A DNA stretch of 64,000 nucleotides from Vicinamibacterales bacterium (GCA_035495795.1 DATJFF010000163.1:43114-107113); one strand, 5' to 3'; positions 19,336-30,640 are shown, counted from the first letter of the stretch. Notes: generated from the sequence alone by a model not told the origin. Numbers and translations are program-made.

Positions 19336-19337
19336 CG

Positions 19338-20930
19338 TTAGACCTTCGGTCCCGCGTCCTTGACCGACGCCGGAACGTCGTTCTCGAACGCCTTGAAGTT
19401 CTCGGCGAACATGCGCGCCAGCTTCGCCGCCTGCTGATCGTAGGCGGCGCGGTCGGCCCACGTGCCGCGCGGGTCGAGGACGTTGGCCGGCACGCCGACG
19501 CAGCTGGTCGGCATATCGACGTTGAACACGGGATGGCGCTGGTAGCCGACGTGATCGAGCCCGCCCGACAGCGCGGCGCGAATCATCGCCCGGGTGTAGG
19601 CAATCTTCATCCGGTGCCCCACCCCGTACGGACCGCCGGTCCATCCGGTGTTTACCAGCCAGACACGCGACTGGTGCTTCTCGATACGCTCGCCCAACTG
19701 CCTGGCGTACACGTTCGGATTGAGCGGCAGGAACGGCGCACCAAAGCAGGTGCTGAAAGTCGCGGTCGGCTCGGTGACGCCCTTCTCCGTGCCCGCAACC
19801 TTCGCCGTGTATCCCGACAGATAGTGGTACATCGCGCTTTCAGGCGAGAGCCGCGCGATCGGCGGCAGGACGCCGTAGGCGTCGGCGGTCAGCATCACGA
19901 TGTTTTCCGGATGGCCGCCGATGCCCTCGAGCACCGCGTTGTCGATCAACTCAATCGAATACGCGCCGCGCGTGTTCTCGGTCAGCGACGCGTCATCGAA
20001 GTTGAGCGCGCGGGTCACCGGATCGACGACGACGTTCTCGAGCACCGTCCCGAAGCGGCGGGTCGTGCCGTAGATCTGCGGCTCGGCCTCCGCGGAGAGC
20101 TTGATCATCTTCGCGTAGCAGCCGCCCTCGAAATTGAAGACGCCGCGGTCGCTCCAGCCATGCTCATCGTCGCCAATCAGGCGGCGCTCCGGATCGCTCG
20201 AGAGCGTGGTCTTGCCGGTGCCCGACAGCCCGAAGAAGAGCGCGGTGTCGCCGTTCGGCCCGATGTTGGCCGAGCAGTGCATCGAGAGCACGCCCTGGAG
20301 CGGCAGGACGTAGTTGAGCACGCTGAAGATCGACTTCTTGTTCTCGCCGGCGTAGCTCGTGCCGGCGATGAGGATTTCTCGCTTCGCCAGGTTGAGCGCG
20401 ATGACGACCTCGGAGCGGGTCCCATGACGCGCCGGATCGGCCTTGAACGAGGGTGCGCAGAGGACGGTGAACTGCGGCTGGAAGCCGGCCAACTCCGCCG
20501 CCGGCGGGACGATGAACAGGTTTCGGACGAACAGATTGTGCCAGGCCATTTCCTGGACGAAACGCACCGAGAGGCGATATGCGGGGTCGGCGCCGGCGTA
20601 GAGGTCCTGGACGAAGAGTTCCTGCTGCCCGAGGTGCGCGACCAGGTCGGCGCGGAGCGCGTCGTATTGCGCGGCCTGGAGCGGCTTGTTGACCTTGCCC
20701 CACCAGATGTTTCCGGTGCTGGACGGCTCGTCGACGACGAACTTGTCGTTCGGCGACCGGCCGGTGTGGGCGCCGGTGCGGCAGACGAGGGGACCGTCGG
20801 CGGCGACCACCCCTTCACCACGCCGGATGGCGTGCTCGTAGAGAACTGCTGCCGGAAGGTTCGCGTGGACGGGCTTGCCGGCCCGAATCCCAAGCGCGTC
20901 CAGTCCCGGATCGGCCTGTACCGTACTCAT
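19338..20930 (-). CDS. pckA: phosphoenolpyruvate carboxykinase (ATP)
   Basis: 530 aa. [11 protein letters not shown] kinase-1a motif. Sequence is typical of ATP-dependent PckA throughout. Confidence 0.97.
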   Translation of the reverse strand: MSTVQADPGLDALGIRAGKPVHANLPAAVLYEHAIRRGEGVVAADGPLVCRTGAHTGRSPNDKFVVDEPSSTGNIWWGKVNKPLQAAQYDALRADLVAHLGQQELFVQDLYAGADPAYRLSVRFVQEMAWHNLFVRNLFIVPPAAELAGFQPQFTVLCAPSFKADPARHGTRSEVVIALNLAKREILIAGTSYAGENKKSIFSVLNYVLPLQGVLSMHCSANIGPNGDTALFFGLSGTGKTTLSSDPERRLIGDDEHGWSDRGVFNFEGGCYAKMIKLSAEAEPQIYGTTRRFGTVLENVVVDPVTRALNFDDASLTENTRGAYSIELIDNAVLEGIGGHPENIVMLTADAYGVLPPIARLSPESAMYHYLSGYTAKVAGTEKGVTEPTATFSTCFGAPFLPLNPNVYARQLGERIEKHQSRVWLVNTGWTGGPYGVGHRMKIAYTRAMIRAALSGGLDHVGYQRHPVFNVDMPTSCVGVPANVLDPRGTWADRAAYDQQAAKLARMFAENFKAFENDVPASVKDAGPKV

Positions 20931-21038
20931 GTGTAAGCGACTCCCGTGCCGCCATCAGTCGCGGGCGGCATATGAACTATCGATCGTACTGATGGGTCCC
21001 GCGGCAAGTCAATAACTTAGAGCCATTCGTGGTGCAAC

Positions 21039-21047
21039 TGCTACAAT
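21039..21047 (+). promoter_or_regulatory. extended -10 promoter element TGcTACAAT upstream of the ECF sigma gene
   Basis: TGCTACAAT lies 36 nt upstream of the ATG at 21083. Same 15-mer TGCTACAATTTGCGT as at 10372-10386. Confidence 0.35.
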
Positions 21048-21082
21048 TTGCGTAAACAGGTCCGGGCAGACCTCCGTAAACC

Positions 21083-21733
21083 ATGGCAGGACGCAACACA
21101 GCCGGCGCAGACGTTTCGCCGCAGGCGAAGCCTGGTGACGTTACCTCGTCACCGGCGTCGCTGCTTGCGGCGGAGATAAAGCGCCTGGTGGCCAGCGGAG
21201 AGCGAGACGAGGCCCGCGAGCGCTTCGGGGCGCTCGTGGCGTTGCTCCAGCGGCGGGCCCTGCGGGTGGCCTTTCACTATCTGCGCAACCCGGCGGACGC
21301 CGACGAAGCGGTGCAGGACGCATTCATCAAGGTCTTCCTGCACATCGAGCAATATCGGGACGACCTGTCGTTCGACGTGTGGTTTACGCGCATTCTTGTG
21401 AACGCCTCACTCGACCGGTTGAAGGCCAGGACGCGGCACGATCGGCTGGTGACACCAGTTACCGACGAGCAGGACCAGCGCTCAGTGCACCAGGTGGCGA
21501 CCGGTGAGCCGTCGAGTGAGCGACGGTTGCTGGCGCAGGAACGGTGGGCTCGCGTCTCCCGTGAGGTCGCGGCGCTTCCAGATCGCCAGCGTCTGGTGTT
21601 CACGCTCAGTCAGGTGGACGAGCGCACGCCTGGCGAAATCGCGGCGGCGACGGGAATGAGTCCGGCCACGGTGCGGGTGCACCTGTTCAGGGCGTTGCGG
21701 AAGTTGAGGGGAGTGCTGGGGGAGGCGGGATGA
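21083..21733 (+). CDS. ECF-type RNA polymerase sigma-70 family factor
   Basis: Region 2 (ADADEAVQDAFIKVFLHIEQY...FDVWFTRILVNASLDRLK) and region 4 (PDRQRLVFTLSQVDERTPGEIAAATGMSPATVRVHLFRALRKLR). Confidence 0.85.
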   Translation: MAGRNTAGADVSPQAKPGDVTSSPASLLAAEIKRLVASGERDEARERFGALVALLQRRALRVAFHYLRNPADADEAVQDAFIKVFLHIEQYRDDLSFDVWFTRILVNASLDRLKARTRHDRLVTPVTDEQDQRSVHQVATGEPSSERRLLAQERWARVSREVAALPDRQRLVFTLSQVDERTPGEIAAATGMSPATVRVHLFRALRKLRGVLGEAG

Positions 21734-22224
21734 CCTCACACGACGATTCAGGAGCAAGGCGTCGCGACATCCTTGACGCTTATCGAGCGGCGGCGCGAGC
21801 CGATGCCGACGCCCATTTCGATGACCGCGCACTCGAGGCGCAGCGGCAGCGAATCCTGGCCCGTCTCGAGCAGGCCGGTCACCGTGCGAAGGTCCTGCCC
21901 TTCCCCGGTGCGCTGGCCACCACACGTCTCGGCGCCAGCACCAGCCGCCGGTGGATCAGCGCCGCGGCAGCCGCCGGCCTTCTCGTCGGCCTGCTCACCG
22001 GCCAACTGCTGCACGTGATACCCGGAAACAACTGGAGCCGCGCCGATCGCGGACCGTTCGCGCAGCCGGTGGCCTCGCCGCGACGGGCGATTGCCCCGGC
22101 CGTCGTCCAGACGTCGCTCGATCCGGATAACGTGCTTCTCGACGCCATCGATGCCGCCGTCGCGCGGCATGCCGTGACGGATCTGCGGGCGTTCGACGAC
22201 CTGACCTTCAGCGATCCCGACTGA
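21730..22224 (+). CDS. putative anti-sigma factor (single-pass membrane protein)
   Basis: ATGA overlap with the sigma gene. One TM segment (WISAAAAAGLLVGLLTGQLL). No zinc-finger motif, so the call is by context only. Confidence 0.45.
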   Translation: MTSHDDSGARRRDILDAYRAAARADADAHFDDRALEAQRQRILARLEQAGHRAKVLPFPGALATTRLGASTSRRWISAAAAAGLLVGLLTGQLLHVIPGNNWSRADRGPFAQPVASPRRAIAPAVVQTSLDPDNVLLDAIDAAVARHAVTDLRAFDDLTFSDPD

Positions 22225-22229
22225 CACGG

Positions 22230-23417
22230 ATGCCGGCGCTGATCTTCAGGAAGGGCCTCGACCTCAAGCACGAAGTCGCGGGCGTGCTCGCCGCCAGTTA
22301 CCACTCGGAACTGGTCGCCCGCATCAAGGAACAGGATTACCGCTTCACCTCGGGCCGGCTCACCGTGCACCTGGCGCGGGAGTTCGGCTTCTGCTACGGC
22401 GTCGACCGGGCCGTCGACTACGCCTACCAGGCCCGAAAGCGCTTCCCAACCCAGCGCGTCTACCTGACCGGCGAAATCATCCACAATCCCCATGTCAACG
22501 ATCAGCTCCGGGCGCAGGACATTCGGTTCCTGAGCGATCCGGGCCAGCCGGCCGAGCCGCTGGGTGCTGACGACGTGGTGATCCTGCCCGCGTTCGGCGT
22601 GACGATCGACGAGCTCGCGCGCCTCGATCGGACTGGCTGCACGCTTGTCGACACCACCTGCGGCTCGGTCCTGAACGTCTGGAAGAACGTCAAGCGCTAC
22701 GCGCAGGAGGGCCTCACTTCGATCATCCACGGCAAGTACTGGCACGAGGAGACGCAGGCAACGGCCTCGCAGGCTGTCGCCAACAACGGCGGCCATTATC
22801 TCGTCGTCCTCGACAAGGCCCAGGCCGAATATGTCTGCTCGTACATCGTCAACGGCGGCGCCCGCGATGCCTTTCTGACCGCGTTTGGCGACGCGATATC
22901 GCCCGGGTTCGATCCCGACCAGCATCTCCAGCGGATCGGCTGCGCGAACCAGACAACGATGCTCAGCTCGGAGTCGGTCGAGATTGGCGAGATGTTCCGC
23001 GAGGCGATGAAGGCGCGATACGGCGACGAGGGTCTCGCCGATCGGTTTCGGGCCTTCGACACCATCTGCTCCGCGACGCAGGATCGGCAGGATGCCGTCA
23101 TCCGGCTGCTCGACGAGCACAGGCTCGACCTGATGGTGGTGATTGGCGGCTACAACAGCAGCAACACCTGCAACCTTGCGCGCATCTGCGCCGCGCGCGT
23201 CCCTACCTATCACGTCGCGTCTCCGGACGGGCTCGTCTCCCCCGCGGAAGTGCGCCATCGGGATGTCGAGTCCAGGCTGGAAGTGACCACAACCGAGTGG
23301 CTGCCCGCGGACGGGCCGGTCACGGTCGGGATTACATCGGGGGCCTCGACCCCGGACAACCTGGTCGAGCAGGCGATCCGGACGCTGGAAGGGTTCGCCA
23401 CCGCGTCCCGCCCCTGA
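22230..23417 (+). CDS. ispH: 4-hydroxy-3-methylbut-2-enyl diphosphate reductase, long form with N-terminal extension
   Basis: REFGFCYGVDRAV, TCGSV(L)NVWK and GGYNSSNT blocks of IspH/LytB. 395 aa, about 50 aa of N-terminal extension precede the first Cys block. Confidence 0.92.
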   Translation: MPALIFRKGLDLKHEVAGVLAASYHSELVARIKEQDYRFTSGRLTVHLAREFGFCYGVDRAVDYAYQARKRFPTQRVYLTGEIIHNPHVNDQLRAQDIRFLSDPGQPAEPLGADDVVILPAFGVTIDELARLDRTGCTLVDTTCGSVLNVWKNVKRYAQEGLTSIIHGKYWHEETQATASQAVANNGGHYLVVLDKAQAEYVCSYIVNGGARDAFLTAFGDAISPGFDPDQHLQRIGCANQTTMLSSESVEIGEMFREAMKARYGDEGLADRFRAFDTICSATQDRQDAVIRLLDEHRLDLMVVIGGYNSSNTCNLARICAARVPTYHVASPDGLVSPAEVRHRDVESRLEVTTTEWLPADGPVTVGITSGASTPDNLVEQAIRTLEGFATASRP

Positions 23418-23469
23418 CGTGCACTCCCCCGTAAACACGGTCCCGCGCAGCGTCGTAAGGCGGGTAGGT

Positions 23470-23931
23470 ATGCGCGGTAAGTGGTTCATCTGTCTCGTTT
23501 TGTCTCTCTCGGTCACGGCTTGTACCGGGACCGCGTCAGCGCAGAGCTTCAAGTGGTGGCAGGACGACAAGTTCAAGGAAGAACTGGCCCTGACCGCCGC
23601 GCAGGTAACGCGTCTCGAGGAGATCTTCCAGACGCTCCAGCCAACGCTGAAAGGCCAGAAAGAAACCCTCGACAAGCTCGAGGCGCGTCTGTCGAAGGTG
23701 ATCAACGATCCCCGCTCCGACGAGGCGACGATGCTCCAGGTTTCCGAGCGCGTGGAAGCAGCGCGCGGCGAGTTGAGCAAGTCGCGGACGCTCCTGCTCT
23801 TTCGGATGCGCCGCATCCTGACGAGCGATCAAGATGTCAAAATGAAGGCGCTGCACGAACAGTGGGTTCGTGACCGCCGCAATCGTCCCAGCACTAGTCA
23901 GAAGCCCCCCGCATCGGGTCCGCAGGAGTGA
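23470..23931 (+). CDS. periplasmic Spy/CpxP-like (LTXXQ-motif) protein
   Basis: Signal peptide or lipobox (LSVTAC...ASA|QSF). LTAAQVTRLEEIF LTXXQ-type helix, overall helical and charged. Confidence 0.5.
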   Translation: MRGKWFICLVLSLSVTACTGTASAQSFKWWQDDKFKEELALTAAQVTRLEEIFQTLQPTLKGQKETLDKLEARLSKVINDPRSDEATMLQVSERVEAARGELSKSRTLLLFRMRRILTSDQDVKMKALHEQWVRDRRNRPSTSQKPPASGPQE

Positions 23932-23956
23932 GGCCGTGGTCTGTACGGAAGGAATT

Positions 23957-25687
23957 ATGAGGAACAGTGTGTGTGTCATCGCCGCCGCCGCGATTTTTGC
24001 GGCGGCCCCCGTTTACGCCCAGTCCAAGCAGGCTGCCGACGATGCCGCCCGGACGGACGCGGTCGTCAAGCAGGCGCTCGCCGGTTACCAGGACGCGCTG
24101 AAAACGCTCGATACCCAGTCCGAGCCGGATCCGCAGTCGCCGATCGGTCGCATGGCGCCCGGCGGCACGCGGCCGCTGAGCCTGGAAGAGAGCGTCGCCC
24201 TCGCGCTCGAACAGAATCTGGACATCCAGGTGTCGCGCCTCGACCCGCAGTCGGTGGATTTGCAGGTCGCGGGATTCCGGAACACCTATCGCCCCTCGCT
24301 GACCTCGACATTGGGACAGCGCGGCGCGACGGTGCCGGCGACGACCACCCTTGCCGGCGGCACCACCGGCGTAAACACCGACACCACGACGTATAACTTC
24401 GGCGTCGCCCAGCCCCTCACCTGGGGCGGCGGTTCGTTCGCCGTCGCGTGGAACAACGCCCGCGCCAACTCCACCGACATCCGCGTCAACTTCAACCCCA
24501 GCTTCACGTCGTTCCTGACCGCCAACTACACGCAGCCGCTCCTCCGCGGGTTCAAGATCGACAACACTCGCCAGCAGCTGCAGGTGTCGATGATCAACCG
24601 CGACATCTCCGAGGAGTCGGTGAAGGCAACTGTTGCGCAGACGGTCGCCAATGTAAGGAACGCGTACTGGGACCTGGTGTTCGCGCGCAACTCGGTGGAC
24701 GTCGCGCGTCGAGCGCTGTCGCTCGCCGAGCGGCTCGTCGCCGACAACGAGGCGCGGGTCGAGGTCGGCACGCTGGCTCCGCTCGATATCGTGCAGGCCC
24801 AGGCCGAGGCCGCGACGCGCCGCCAGACGCTGGCCGCTGCTGAAGCCGCGGCGTCCACCGCCGACCTCGCGCTCAAGCGCTATCTCGTGACGTCGACCGA
24901 GGACCCGCTCTGGCGCCAGGAGATCGTTCCCGTCGACGTGCCGTCGCTCGAGCCGCCGCCGACCGACGTCGAGGCCGCGGTCCGTCGCGCCGTCGCGGAG
25001 CGCACCGACGTCATCACCTCGCGCAAGACGCTCGAGACCAACGACGTCAATATGCGCTACTTCAAGAACCAGTCACTGCCAGCCGTGGACTTCAACGCGA
25101 CCTATGGCGCCCAGGGCATTGGCGGCGTCCGCGCCATCCGCACGGGCAGCGGTGCCGACGCGACGGTCACCGGCACGATCCCCGGCGGGTATTCCGACGC
25201 GCTCTCCGCGCTCACCAATCGTGACTTTCCGAACTGGAACGCGGCGGTGACGATGACCTATCCGCTGTTCGGCAACCAGGCGGAAGCGCAGTACGCGCGG
25301 GCCCGCGTTCAGAGGCAGCAGACCCAGACCCGGCTTCGCGCGCTCGAGGTTTCGATTGCCGCCGAAGTGGCCAACGCCGCGTTCACCGTGCAGGCGAACC
25401 TGCGCCGCGTCGAGGCGGCCAGCGCCGCGCGCGAGCTCGCGCAGAAGCGGCTCGACGCCGAGCAAAGCCGGTTCGAAGTCGGCCTCACGACCAACTACTT
25501 CGTGGTCCAGGCTCAGCGCGATCTGCGTGACGCGGAAAACACCGAGCTCCGCGCGCTCGCCGACTACCGCAAATCGCTCGTGAACTACGAGCGGGCACAG
25601 GTGGCTCCGGCGAGCGGCGGCACCAACGGCGCGGCCAACGCGACGGCCACGGCGGTTGCGATCAACGCCGTCGGCGGCACGCAGTAA
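23957..25687 (+). CDS. TolC-family outer membrane efflux protein
   Basis: Signal peptide ...APVYA|QSKQ. Two OEP repeats (LSLEESVALALEQNLDIQ..., VRNAYWDLVFARNSV...). Confidence 0.85.
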   Translation: MRNSVCVIAAAAIFAAAPVYAQSKQAADDAARTDAVVKQALAGYQDALKTLDTQSEPDPQSPIGRMAPGGTRPLSLEESVALALEQNLDIQVSRLDPQSVDLQVAGFRNTYRPSLTSTLGQRGATVPATTTLAGGTTGVNTDTTTYNFGVAQPLTWGGGSFAVAWNNARANSTDIRVNFNPSFTSFLTANYTQPLLRGFKIDNTRQQLQVSMINRDISEESVKATVAQTVANVRNAYWDLVFARNSVDVARRALSLAERLVADNEARVEVGTLAPLDIVQAQAEAATRRQTLAAAEAAASTADLALKRYLVTSTEDPLWRQEIVPVDVPSLEPPPTDVEAAVRRAVAERTDVITSRKTLETNDVNMRYFKNQSLPAVDFNATYGAQGIGGVRAIRTGSGADATVTGTIPGGYSDALSALTNRDFPNWNAAVTMTYPLFGNQAEAQYARARVQRQQTQTRLRALEVSIAAEVANAAFTVQANLRRVEAASAARELAQKRLDAEQSRFEVGLTTNYFVVQAQRDLRDAENTELRALADYRKSLVNYERAQVAPASGGTNGAANATATAVAINAVGGTQ

Positions 25688-25719
25688 GGATGGGGCCGGG
25701 CGGGGATCGAGATTCCTAT

Positions 25720-27048
25720 ATGCGCAAACTCGTGATTCTCGGGTTGCTCGTCGCCGCGGCCGGCGGCGCGGCAATCTACTTCGGCGTGTTCTCGAAGGAG
25801 CAGACTGCAGCCGCCGCTGGCGGCGACCAGTCCGGCGTGGGCGGCGGCCCTGGCGGCGCTCAGGCACGCCCGGGCGGCGGTCGGCCTGGCGGCCCGGGCG
25901 GCGGCTTCCGCCCGCCGATCACCGTCCAGATGACCGAGGCGGCCAAAGGAACGATCTCCGCGAACATGACCGTCGTCGGCAACCTGATTGGCGAGCAGAC
26001 GGTGGACGTGGTGCCGCGCGCTCCGGGACGTCTCGTCACCGTGAACGTCCAGCTCGGCGATCGTGTGAAGCGCGGCCAGCTCCTCGGGAAGATCGAAGAC
26101 TTCGAGATCGTCGAGCAAGTGAAGCAGGCCGAAGCGTCGCTCGAGGTCGCGAAGGCGACCATCCGGCAGCGCGACGCCGATCTCAAGGTGGCCGAGCTCA
26201 ACTTCGAGCGGTCCAAGAACCTGTTCGGCCGGCAGCTGCTCGCCAAGCAGGCGCTCGACGACGCGGAATCGCGCTTCCTCGCCGCCCAGGCTCAGCTCGA
26301 TCTGTCGCGGGCCCAGTCGACGCAGACGAGCGCCCGGCTCGACGAGTTGCAGATCAACCTGGGCAACACGCGCATCATTTCCCCTGTCGACGGGTTCGTC
26401 GCCAAGCGCAACGCCGATGCGGGCGCCTGGGTGTCGAATAACGCGCCAGTCGTGTCGGTAGTCGACATCTCGCGCCTGCGGCTGGTCGCCAACGTGGTGG
26501 AGAAGGATCTCCGCCTGGTCAACCAGGGCGATCCGGCCACCTTCGAGGTCGATGCTTTCCCCGGGGAGACGTTCAAGGGGCGTATCGCCCGCGTCGCGCC
26601 GGTGCTCGATCCGGCCACCCGCACCGCGCCGATGGAGGTCGAGATCGTCAATACCCAGAACCGCCTCAAGCCGGGCATGTACGCCCGGGTGCTGCTCGAG
26701 ATCGAGGAGCACAAGGACACGACGCTCGTGCCGAAAGTGGCGGTAGTGGACTTCGAAGGCAAGCGCGGCGTGTGGATTCCCGAGGGGGAGAACAAGGCGC
26801 GCTTCGTCGAGGTGAAGCTCGGGCTCGAGGACGCCGAACGAATGGAAATTCTCGAGGGCGTCAAACCCGGAGATCGTGTGGTCACCGACGGCGCAGCGTC
26901 GCTGCGATCGGGTGACACGATCGTCGGCCCCGGACAGAATGCCGAGGGCCAGGGCGGCGGCCGGCGCGGCCAGGGTCGCGGCCCTGGTCAGGGGCGGCAG
27001 CCCGGCGCCGGCGGCGCCTCGGGCGCTCCACCGCCGCGCGGCCAGTAG
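25720..27048 (+). CDS. efflux RND transporter periplasmic adaptor (MFP/HlyD family)
   Basis: N-terminal anchor, lipoyl/hairpin/beta-barrel pattern (NLGNTRIISPVDGFVAKRNADAGAWV), Gly-rich tails. Confidence 0.85.
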   Translation: MRKLVILGLLVAAAGGAAIYFGVFSKEQTAAAAGGDQSGVGGGPGGAQARPGGGRPGGPGGGFRPPITVQMTEAAKGTISANMTVVGNLIGEQTVDVVPRAPGRLVTVNVQLGDRVKRGQLLGKIEDFEIVEQVKQAEASLEVAKATIRQRDADLKVAELNFERSKNLFGRQLLAKQALDDAESRFLAAQAQLDLSRAQSTQTSARLDELQINLGNTRIISPVDGFVAKRNADAGAWVSNNAPVVSVVDISRLRLVANVVEKDLRLVNQGDPATFEVDAFPGETFKGRIARVAPVLDPATRTAPMEVEIVNTQNRLKPGMYARVLLEIEEHKDTTLVPKVAVVDFEGKRGVWIPEGENKARFVEVKLGLEDAERMEILEGVKPGDRVVTDGAASLRSGDTIVGPGQNAEGQGGGRRGQGRGPGQGRQPGAGGASGAPPPRGQ

Positions 27049-27079
27049 CAGACCGCACGAAGACAGAGGCACCCACCAT

Positions 27080-30000
27080 ATGAGCATTCCTCGTCTTGCG
27101 ATTCACCGGCCGGTGACGATGTTCATGATCAGCTTCGTGATCGTGCTGCTTGGCGCGATCTCGCTGACTCGGCTGCCGGTCGATCTGCTGCCCGACACGC
27201 AGTTCCCGAGCATCACGGTGCGCGTCAACTACACCGGGGTTGGACCGCTCGAGATGGAGGAACTCGTCACGCGCCCCATCGAACAGGCCGTGAGCGCAGT
27301 CGCCGGGCTCGATCGGGTCGAGTCCACATCCAATGAGGGCAACGCCAACGTGCGGCTCATGTTCGCTTGGGGCACCGATCTCAGCGAGGCGGCCGATGAC
27401 GTCCGAACCCGCATCGATCGCGTCCGCGGCCGGCTGCCGGAAGAGGCCGACCCGCCGACGATCTTCAAGTTCGATTCGAGCGCGATGCCGATCATGGGCA
27501 TCGGCGTCGAAGGCGACTACGACCCGGTCACGCTGCGCGAGCTCGCCCAGAACGACCTGTCGCCCCGCCTCGAGCGGGTCGGCGGCGTCGCGGCAGTGAC
27601 CGTCGACGGCGGCCTGCGCCGCCAGATTCGCATCGATCTGTCACGCGAAAAGATCACGGCGCTCAATCTGTCGCCGGATCGCGTGGTCCAGATCATGCGC
27701 ACCGAGAACCAGAACATCCCGCTCGGCGAGATCAACGACGCGAGCCGGACGTTGCTGCTGCGCAGCCCCGGCCAGTTCACCAATCTCGACGAGATTCGCA
27801 ACACCGTCGTCCTCACCCGCGCCGGCGTTCCGGTCTACCTCAAGGACATCGCCCAGGTCAGGGACGGCGCCGAGGATCGGCGCAACGTCACACGGATCAA
27901 CGGCCGTCCCGGTATCCGGATGCGCGTCACCAAGCAATCCGGCACCAATACCGTCCAGGTCGCCGAGGGCGTGCGGAAGGAGATCGAACGCATCAACCGT
28001 GAGGTCTCGGGCATGCGGCTCCAGCTGCTCGACGACCAGTCGGTGTTCATCCAGCGGGCGATTCACAGCGTCCAGGAGCACGCGATGATCGGCAGCGCCC
28101 TGGTCATCGCCATCATCTTCCTGTTCCTGCGCGACCTGAAGTCGACGCTGATCATCTGCACTTCGATCCCGATCTCGGTGATCGGCACGTTCGCCCTGCT
28201 CTACTTCGGCGGCTACACGCTGAACACGCTGACCTTCGGAGGGTTGGCGCTGGGCATAGGCATGATCGTGGACGCCGCGATCGTGGTGCTCGAGAACACC
28301 TACCGTCACCTCGAGATGGGCAAGGACCGCATCACCGCGGCGATCGACGGGTCTGAGGAGGTCTGGTCGGCGATTCTCGCCTCGACCCTCACCCATATCG
28401 CGGTCTTCGTGCCGATGCTGTTCCTCACCGGCGTGTCGAGCATCATGTTCGGGCAGCTGGCGGCGGTCGTATCGTTCTCGCTGGCGATGTCGCTGCTCGT
28501 GGCCGTGACGATCGTCCCGGTGCTGTGCTCGCGGCTGCTCGACCCGCCCAAGCACGCGAGCCAGCGCAGCGGGCTGAGCCGGCTCGTCGATCGCGGGCTC
28601 GATGGCCTCGACGCGTTCTACGCCCGCTCGCTGCACATCGCGCTCCGCCACCGGCCGACGGTCTTCGCGATTGGATTCGGCCTGTTCGCGGTCGCCATCT
28701 ACCTGCTGCCGCGGATCGGCTTCGAGTTCCAGCCGACGACCGACGAAGGCGAGGTCACGGTCGACACCGAGCTGGCGGTCGGCACCCGCATCGAGAACAC
28801 GGAGGCGGCGCTGATCCAGCTCGAGAACCGGATTCGCGAGCAAGTGCCCGAAGCCACGATGCTGATCACCCAGGCGGGTGGCGGCGGAGGCGGCGGTGGC
28901 TTCGGCAACCAGTCGACACACCGCGGCAGCATCCAGGTCCGCCTGGTGCCGCGATCCGAACGCCAGCGCTCCAACGAGCAGATCTCAATGGAGTTGCGGC
29001 GGCAGCTGTCCGGCATTCCCGGCGTCATCGTCCGGGCACGAGCCTCGGGCGGCCAGAACATGATGCGCGGCATGGGCAACCCGAACGGCGGCCGCGTCGC
29101 GGTTGAGATCATGGGGCACGACCTCGACACGTCGCGGCGCCTCGCCGAGGACGTCAAGACGCTGATGGACTCGACGCCGGGGGTTGCCGATTCGCGGATG
29201 CAGCGAGAGGAAGGAAGGCCCGAGCTTGCGGTGCGCGTCGATCGCGACAAGGCGGCCCTGCTGGGCATGACCGTCACCGGCGTCGCCGAGACAATTCGCA
29301 CCAACGTCGCCGGCACCCAGGCAGCGATGTTCCGCGAAGCCGGTAACGAGTACCCGATCGTGGTGCGGCTGCGCGAAGAGGACCGCGGCGAAGTGTCGTC
29401 GGTCGGCGACGTGCTGATCAGCGCTCCCGGCGGCCAGGTGCTCCCGGCCAAGAACGTCATGGTCATCGATCGCGACACCGGCCCGGTGTCGATCGAGCGC
29501 AAGAACCAGGAGCGGATCCAGCGGGTCAGCGCCGAGAACGAAGTCACGCTCAGCCAGGCCGTCGCGGCGGTCGAATCGCGGCTCGGCGAGATCAACGTGC
29601 CCAAGGACTTCGCGGTCGGCTTCGGCAGCGAGGTCGAAGAGCAGGCCAAGTCGTTCCGCGAGCTGCAGCTCGTGCTGATCCTCGCGATTATCCTCGTCTA
29701 CACCGTGATGGCCTCGCAGTACGAGTCGCTGCGCGATCCGTTCATCATCATCTTCTCGATCCCGCTGGCGGCAATCGGCGTGGTCGGCATGCTGCTGTTG
29801 ACCAAGACCGCCTTCAGCATGCAGGCCTACATCGGCGTGATCATGCTGGCGGGCATCGTCGTCAGCAACGCGATCCTGCTCGTGGATTACACCAACACGC
29901 TGCGCGAGCGCGACAAGATGACGCTTCGCGATGCGATCGAGACCGCGGGCCGCCATCGCCTGCGTCCGATCCTGATGACCTCGATCTGCACCGCGCTCGG

Positions 30001-30196
30001 CCTGGTGCCGATGGCGCTCGGCATCGGCGAGGGCGCGGAACTGCAGGCGCCGCTGGCCCGCGTTGTCATCGGCGGCCTGATCACCTCGACGATGATCACG
30101 CTGGTCTTCGTGCCGGCGATGTATACGCTGTTCGAGGAAGGCGTGCGCGGGCTCTTCAGGCGGGGGCGCCCGGCAGCGACCGAAGCAGCGCACTGA
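27080..30196 (+). CDS. RND efflux pump inner-membrane permease (AcrB/HAE family)
   Basis: [39 protein letters not shown] start. About 1038 aa with 12-TM AcrB architecture. Confidence 0.95.
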   Translation: MSIPRLAIHRPVTMFMISFVIVLLGAISLTRLPVDLLPDTQFPSITVRVNYTGVGPLEMEELVTRPIEQAVSAVAGLDRVESTSNEGNANVRLMFAWGTDLSEAADDVRTRIDRVRGRLPEEADPPTIFKFDSSAMPIMGIGVEGDYDPVTLRELAQNDLSPRLERVGGVAAVTVDGGLRRQIRIDLSREKITALNLSPDRVVQIMRTENQNIPLGEINDASRTLLLRSPGQFTNLDEIRNTVVLTRAGVPVYLKDIAQVRDGAEDRRNVTRINGRPGIRMRVTKQSGTNTVQVAEGVRKEIERINREVSGMRLQLLDDQSVFIQRAIHSVQEHAMIGSALVIAIIFLFLRDLKSTLIICTSIPISVIGTFALLYFGGYTLNTLTFGGLALGIGMIVDAAIVVLENTYRHLEMGKDRITAAIDGSEEVWSAILASTLTHIAVFVPMLFLTGVSSIMFGQLAAVVSFSLAMSLLVAVTIVPVLCSRLLDPPKHASQRSGLSRLVDRGLDGLDAFYARSLHIALRHRPTVFAIGFGLFAVAIYLLPRIGFEFQPTTDEGEVTVDTELAVGTRIENTEAALIQLENRIREQVPEATMLITQAGGGGGGGGFGNQSTHRGSIQVRLVPRSERQRSNEQISMELRRQLSGIPGVIVRARASGGQNMMRGMGNPNGGRVAVEIMGHDLDTSRRLAEDVKTLMDSTPGVADSRMQREEGRPELAVRVDRDKAALLGMTVTGVAETIRTNVAGTQAAMFREAGNEYPIVVRLREEDRGEVSSVGDVLISAPGGQVLPAKNVMVIDRDTGPVSIERKNQERIQRVSAENEVTLSQAVAAVESRLGEINVPKDFAVGFGSEVEEQAKSFRELQLVLILAIILVYTVMASQYESLRDPFIIIFSIPLAAIGVVGMLLLTKTAFSMQAYIGVIMLAGIVVSNAILLVDYTNTLRERDKMTLRDAIETAGRHRLRPILMTSICTALGLVPMALGIGEGAELQAPLARVVIGGLITSTMITLVFVPAMYTLFEEGVRGLFRRGRPAATEAAH

Positions 30197-30629
30197 TGGT
30201 GGATCCGGTCACCGGGTCCTGCCAGTCAGGGGCAATCTCCGCGAGCGGCGCGAGCACGAAGCGCCGCTCGCGAAATCTCGGGTGCGGCACCTCCAGCCCT
30301 TCCACCTTCAGCACCTGGGTTCCGTAGAGGATCAGGTCCAAATCCAAGGTTCGCGGTGCGTACCTGTAGGGCCGCTCGCGGCCGTCCAGCCGCTCGATGG
30401 CGTGAAGCGAGGCGAGCAACTCCCTCGGCCCGAGCTCGGTCGTGCCGATCGCGGCCGCGTTGAGAAACGGCCCCTGCTCATCAGGGACGCCCTCAGGCGC
30501 CGTTTCAATGACGCGAGAGACGCGGATGTTCTCGAGGAGGCGGGAGAGCTCGCCGATCGCAAAGGTGAGGTGGGCGGCGCGATCGCCGATATTGCTGCCG
30601 AGCGAGATGGCGACAGGCGTGCGGGACAC
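30156..30629 (-). CDS. folK: 2-amino-4-hydroxy-6-hydroxymethyldihydropteridine diphosphokinase
   Basis: [23 protein letters not shown] and [16 protein letters not shown] motifs of HPPK. Its 3-prime end overlaps the RND gene end by 41 nt (convergent). Confidence 0.85.
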   Translation of the reverse strand: MSRTPVAISLGSNIGDRAAHLTFAIGELSRLLENIRVSRVIETAPEGVPDEQGPFLNAAAIGTTELGPRELLASLHAIERLDGRERPYRYAPRTLDLDLILYGTQVLKVEGLEVPHPRFRERRFVLAPLAEIAPDWQDPVTGSTISALLRSLPGAPA

Positions 30630-30640
30630 GCCCGTGGATG

